A stretch of 48,082 nucleotides of DNA, taken from the NCBI GenBank assembly GCA_038087875.1, contig JAXLNO010001544.1:62001-110082 (forward strand), read 5' to 3'. Below, in pieces: positions 45,256 to 48,082 of the stretch. Under the pieces are notes generated by a model. That model did no database searches and was not told the origin of the DNA. It worked only from the letters and a program-made list of their open reading frames with translations. Position numbers and translations under genes: made by a program. The stretch's first letter is position 1. Each line of letters starts with the position of its first letter. This DNA comes from Malacoraja senta (taxonomy: Eukaryota).

Positions 45256-45644
45256 GTTCACATCTAATCTTTGACTTCATTGTCAGTTTCCCTTACTAGT
45301 TAATATTCTTTGATTCCATCCTACTGTGTCTTTAATATGCAGCAAACCCTTTTTATAACGGATCATTGCGTGGACGTGTGCGAAATGGTGTCCGTTACTG
45401 CCAATTGTCCACTATAACCGAGGAAGGTACTATCATTGTGTGTAGTAGAAACAAAAAACAGCAGATGATGCTTAATTCACAAAAGGAGACAAAGTGCTGG
45501 AGTAACTCAGCAGGTCAGGCAGCATCTCAGGAGAACATTGAATAGAACATGTGTCGTCAGGACCCTTCTTCAGACTGATTCAGTCTGCTGAGTTACTCCA
45601 GCACTTTGTGTCTTTCGACCTTAAAACTAGGTACAGATGCCGCT

Positions 45645-46056
45645 GGTTTGCATCAGTGAGCCTTTCTTCACCGGTTGACGTGGCTGTTGTTGCGGCTCAC
45701 GTTGTAACCCCCGGCTCGCCCTGGGGCTCCCTCCCCTCTCACCAGCTGCGGTTTCTTCCTGTTGGCTGTCGTCTTGTCCATTACCTGCTCCACCGCCACT
45801 TACCTTCTCGAGTTGCTTTGGAAGATGTCGGCGACTGTGGGGGAGAAGGAGGAGGAGGCGGCGGTGGAGCGGGGAGTGGACAAAGCAATGGCCAACAGGA
45901 AGAAGTGACAGCTGGTGAGAGATGAGGGAGCCCCATGATGACCAAGCGCGTCCTGTCGGTGGTGGCGGCCTGAAGAAAAGCTGTCTCCAGTGGCTACAAC
46001 GTGAGCCGCAACAACAGTTATGGTGGGTGAAGAAGGGCTCACTGGTGCACCAAGCC
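45645..46056. repeat. Imperfect foldback (long inverted repeat) element
   Basis: Left arm ~45645-45806 pairs with right arm ~45860-46056, including an exact 23-nt match CTGTTGTTGCGGCTCACGTTGTA; right arm has a ~60-nt extra segment. Confidence 0.8.
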
Positions 46057-48082
46057 GAGGATGGCGTCGGAACCCAGGGCTGTATGCAGCCTGAGAGGTG
46101 ATGCAAGCCAACGGTGGTGTCGGCAAGTCCATCCGTTATTACCAAAATCCATAGTAAAAGGGACCATTAAAACAAGGGTTTACTGTACGACTTTGCTTCC
46201 AAGCCCATTTGTGTTTAATTTCAAAGATTCACAACCCTTTGAAGAATTTTCTTCTCATATCTGTCTGAATGGGCAAATCCTTATTTTAAAACTGACTCGG
46301 TTCAGACAACCCACAGGGGGAATATCAAATCATATCTACTCTACCACGTCTGATAAATATTGGCAGATTACAAAAGATCACCTAATTGTGCGCAATTCAG
46401 AAGTATAGACCGAGTTAGTTTAATTTTCCTTCTCATATGACAACCCTACCCCCACCATCTCAGGAATCATTGTGGTCAACCTTCATTATGTAGGGAGACT
46501 ACACTTGTAAAATCCTATCGTATGATCACATATTAATGATATGGAAAGAATGCGATTAATATGGTTAATAAGTTTGAAGGTAATACCAAAATTGGTGGTC
46601 GTGTGAACAGTGAAGAATGTTAGCCAAGGTTACAACAGAACCTAGGTTAAGCTGGAAAGTAGATCAAGGAATGGTAGATGGAATGGAAAATTGTTGCATT
46701 TTGAGAAGTTAAACGAGAGGATTTGCTCAATAAATTGTAGGGCTCTTGAAAGTGTTGTCCAACCTCTCCTCATGGCCAATAGCCTCTAATTCTCGCAGCA
46801 TACTATAAACCGTGCTGCAGTAAACCTCTTCTGCCCCCACTCCAAAGCCTCCTCATCCTTCTTGTAATGAGATGACCGGACCTTTACACCATAGGGTAAA
46901 CTCTTGTTATATTGTACCATGATGCAGCATCTCTGGAGAACATGGATAGGAGAAACTTCTGGTTGAGACAAGACTATTCTTCAAACACTCAGTCGGGAAC
47001 TGGATCTGGAATCCAGGTGAGTTGACCTGCTAGTGGTTGGGGGAGAGGAGAGAACCGGCGCAGTTAATGGTTGCTACCCGCAGACGGCCGGATGCAGGTA
47101 AGGGTCGTGGTGGCAGTGGCAGTGGCAGGCATATCCTGGAAGCTGCCGAGGAACCCGTGTGGGCTGGCGGTGGCAGCAGAAGGTTCTGCCTGGAAGCGGA
47201 GCGGGCTGGGCGTGGCCACTGTGGTTACCACCGCAGTCAACCTCCCGTCAGTACCCATTCATCCGCTATATGTCTGATGGAGAGAGTTGGGGACCAATGC
47301 ACTGCTGTAGCACTGGCTCCAACTCTTTATCCTGATGAATTATTCCTTTGTGCTAAGCCAGCCACTTCCTTTCCTTCAACGTAGTTCGCCTTGGCAGTTT
47401 TTCTGGCTGTTATCAAACCGAACTTGGTGCTCATAGCTATGAATTGTTTCATGGTCTGTGAAAAAAATAACGATTGCCAGCAAGTGTTGTCAAAGGCTCA
47501 AGTCCTCATTAGATTTATCTGCAGCCACACCCACTTTTCTCTCTCATTCACATACATCGCTTGCCACCAGCACATCCTCAGCTCTGAGCATCTCATTTGC
47601 TGTACTGAAGCTTTTCCACCATCTGTCCCCCTCCCAAGGGAGTATTGCCTGGGTGTAAATCTTGGTTCATGTTCTCTGCCTCAGGTCAAGTCGAGTGTAT
47701 TGTCATCTGCAGATGTACGGTGATGTACAGGTACAGCGAACCTCCACCTTATACGTTGTTATTAATGCAATTCCATTTCTTAGGCCTGCCTTTCAGGGTC
47801 CTACATCTTCCCCTTATAATTATCCCTTCAGGCAGTTTCACTGTTCATCCCTCTCTCGAAGAACCAGCATGTTGCTTGGACTGGAGCCATACAGAGTCCG
47901 AGCATGGTCTGGGTGGCAGATCTTCCCTGGGGCACATTGGTGGGTTTTTACAACAACCCAGTATTTTCCTAATTATGAACACTGATACCAACCTTTACAT
48001 TTAAATTTCAGGTTCATGTAATTCCTTAACATTAAATACCCCAAGTTAACATCCCCCATGTGGATATTAATAGACATGTCTG

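Overview
Vertebrate genomic DNA, most likely from an elasmobranch (skate/ray-like), judging by abundant HE1/V-SINEs and HER1/CR1 LINEs. Most of the window is transposon debris: CR1/HER1, Rex1/Babar, RTE, Penelope-like, Tc1, MITEs and SINEs. The ORF track misses the main host content, which is two paralogous spliced immune-receptor genes arranged tail-to-tail. The minus-strand copy (about 16.5-26.9 kb, possibly starting near 39.4 kb) can be rebuilt exon by exon with consistent splice phases. It has one non-rearranging VJ-type Ig V exon (C...W...DSAVYYC-TVWGAIR-GNGT-LLTV), an uncharged transmembrane exon, a YENI exon, and an ITAM (YMDL-x7-YGHL) split across two small exons. Its V exon carries a stop and a frameshift, while all TM and cytoplasmic exons are intact. 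The plus-strand copy contributes only its last three exons (2406-2447, 2538-2580, 7423-7448), with the same ITAM; its upstream exons are not found in the window. Exon coordinates were read base by base; repeat boundaries are approximate. No database searches were run, so family names rest on recalled motifs.
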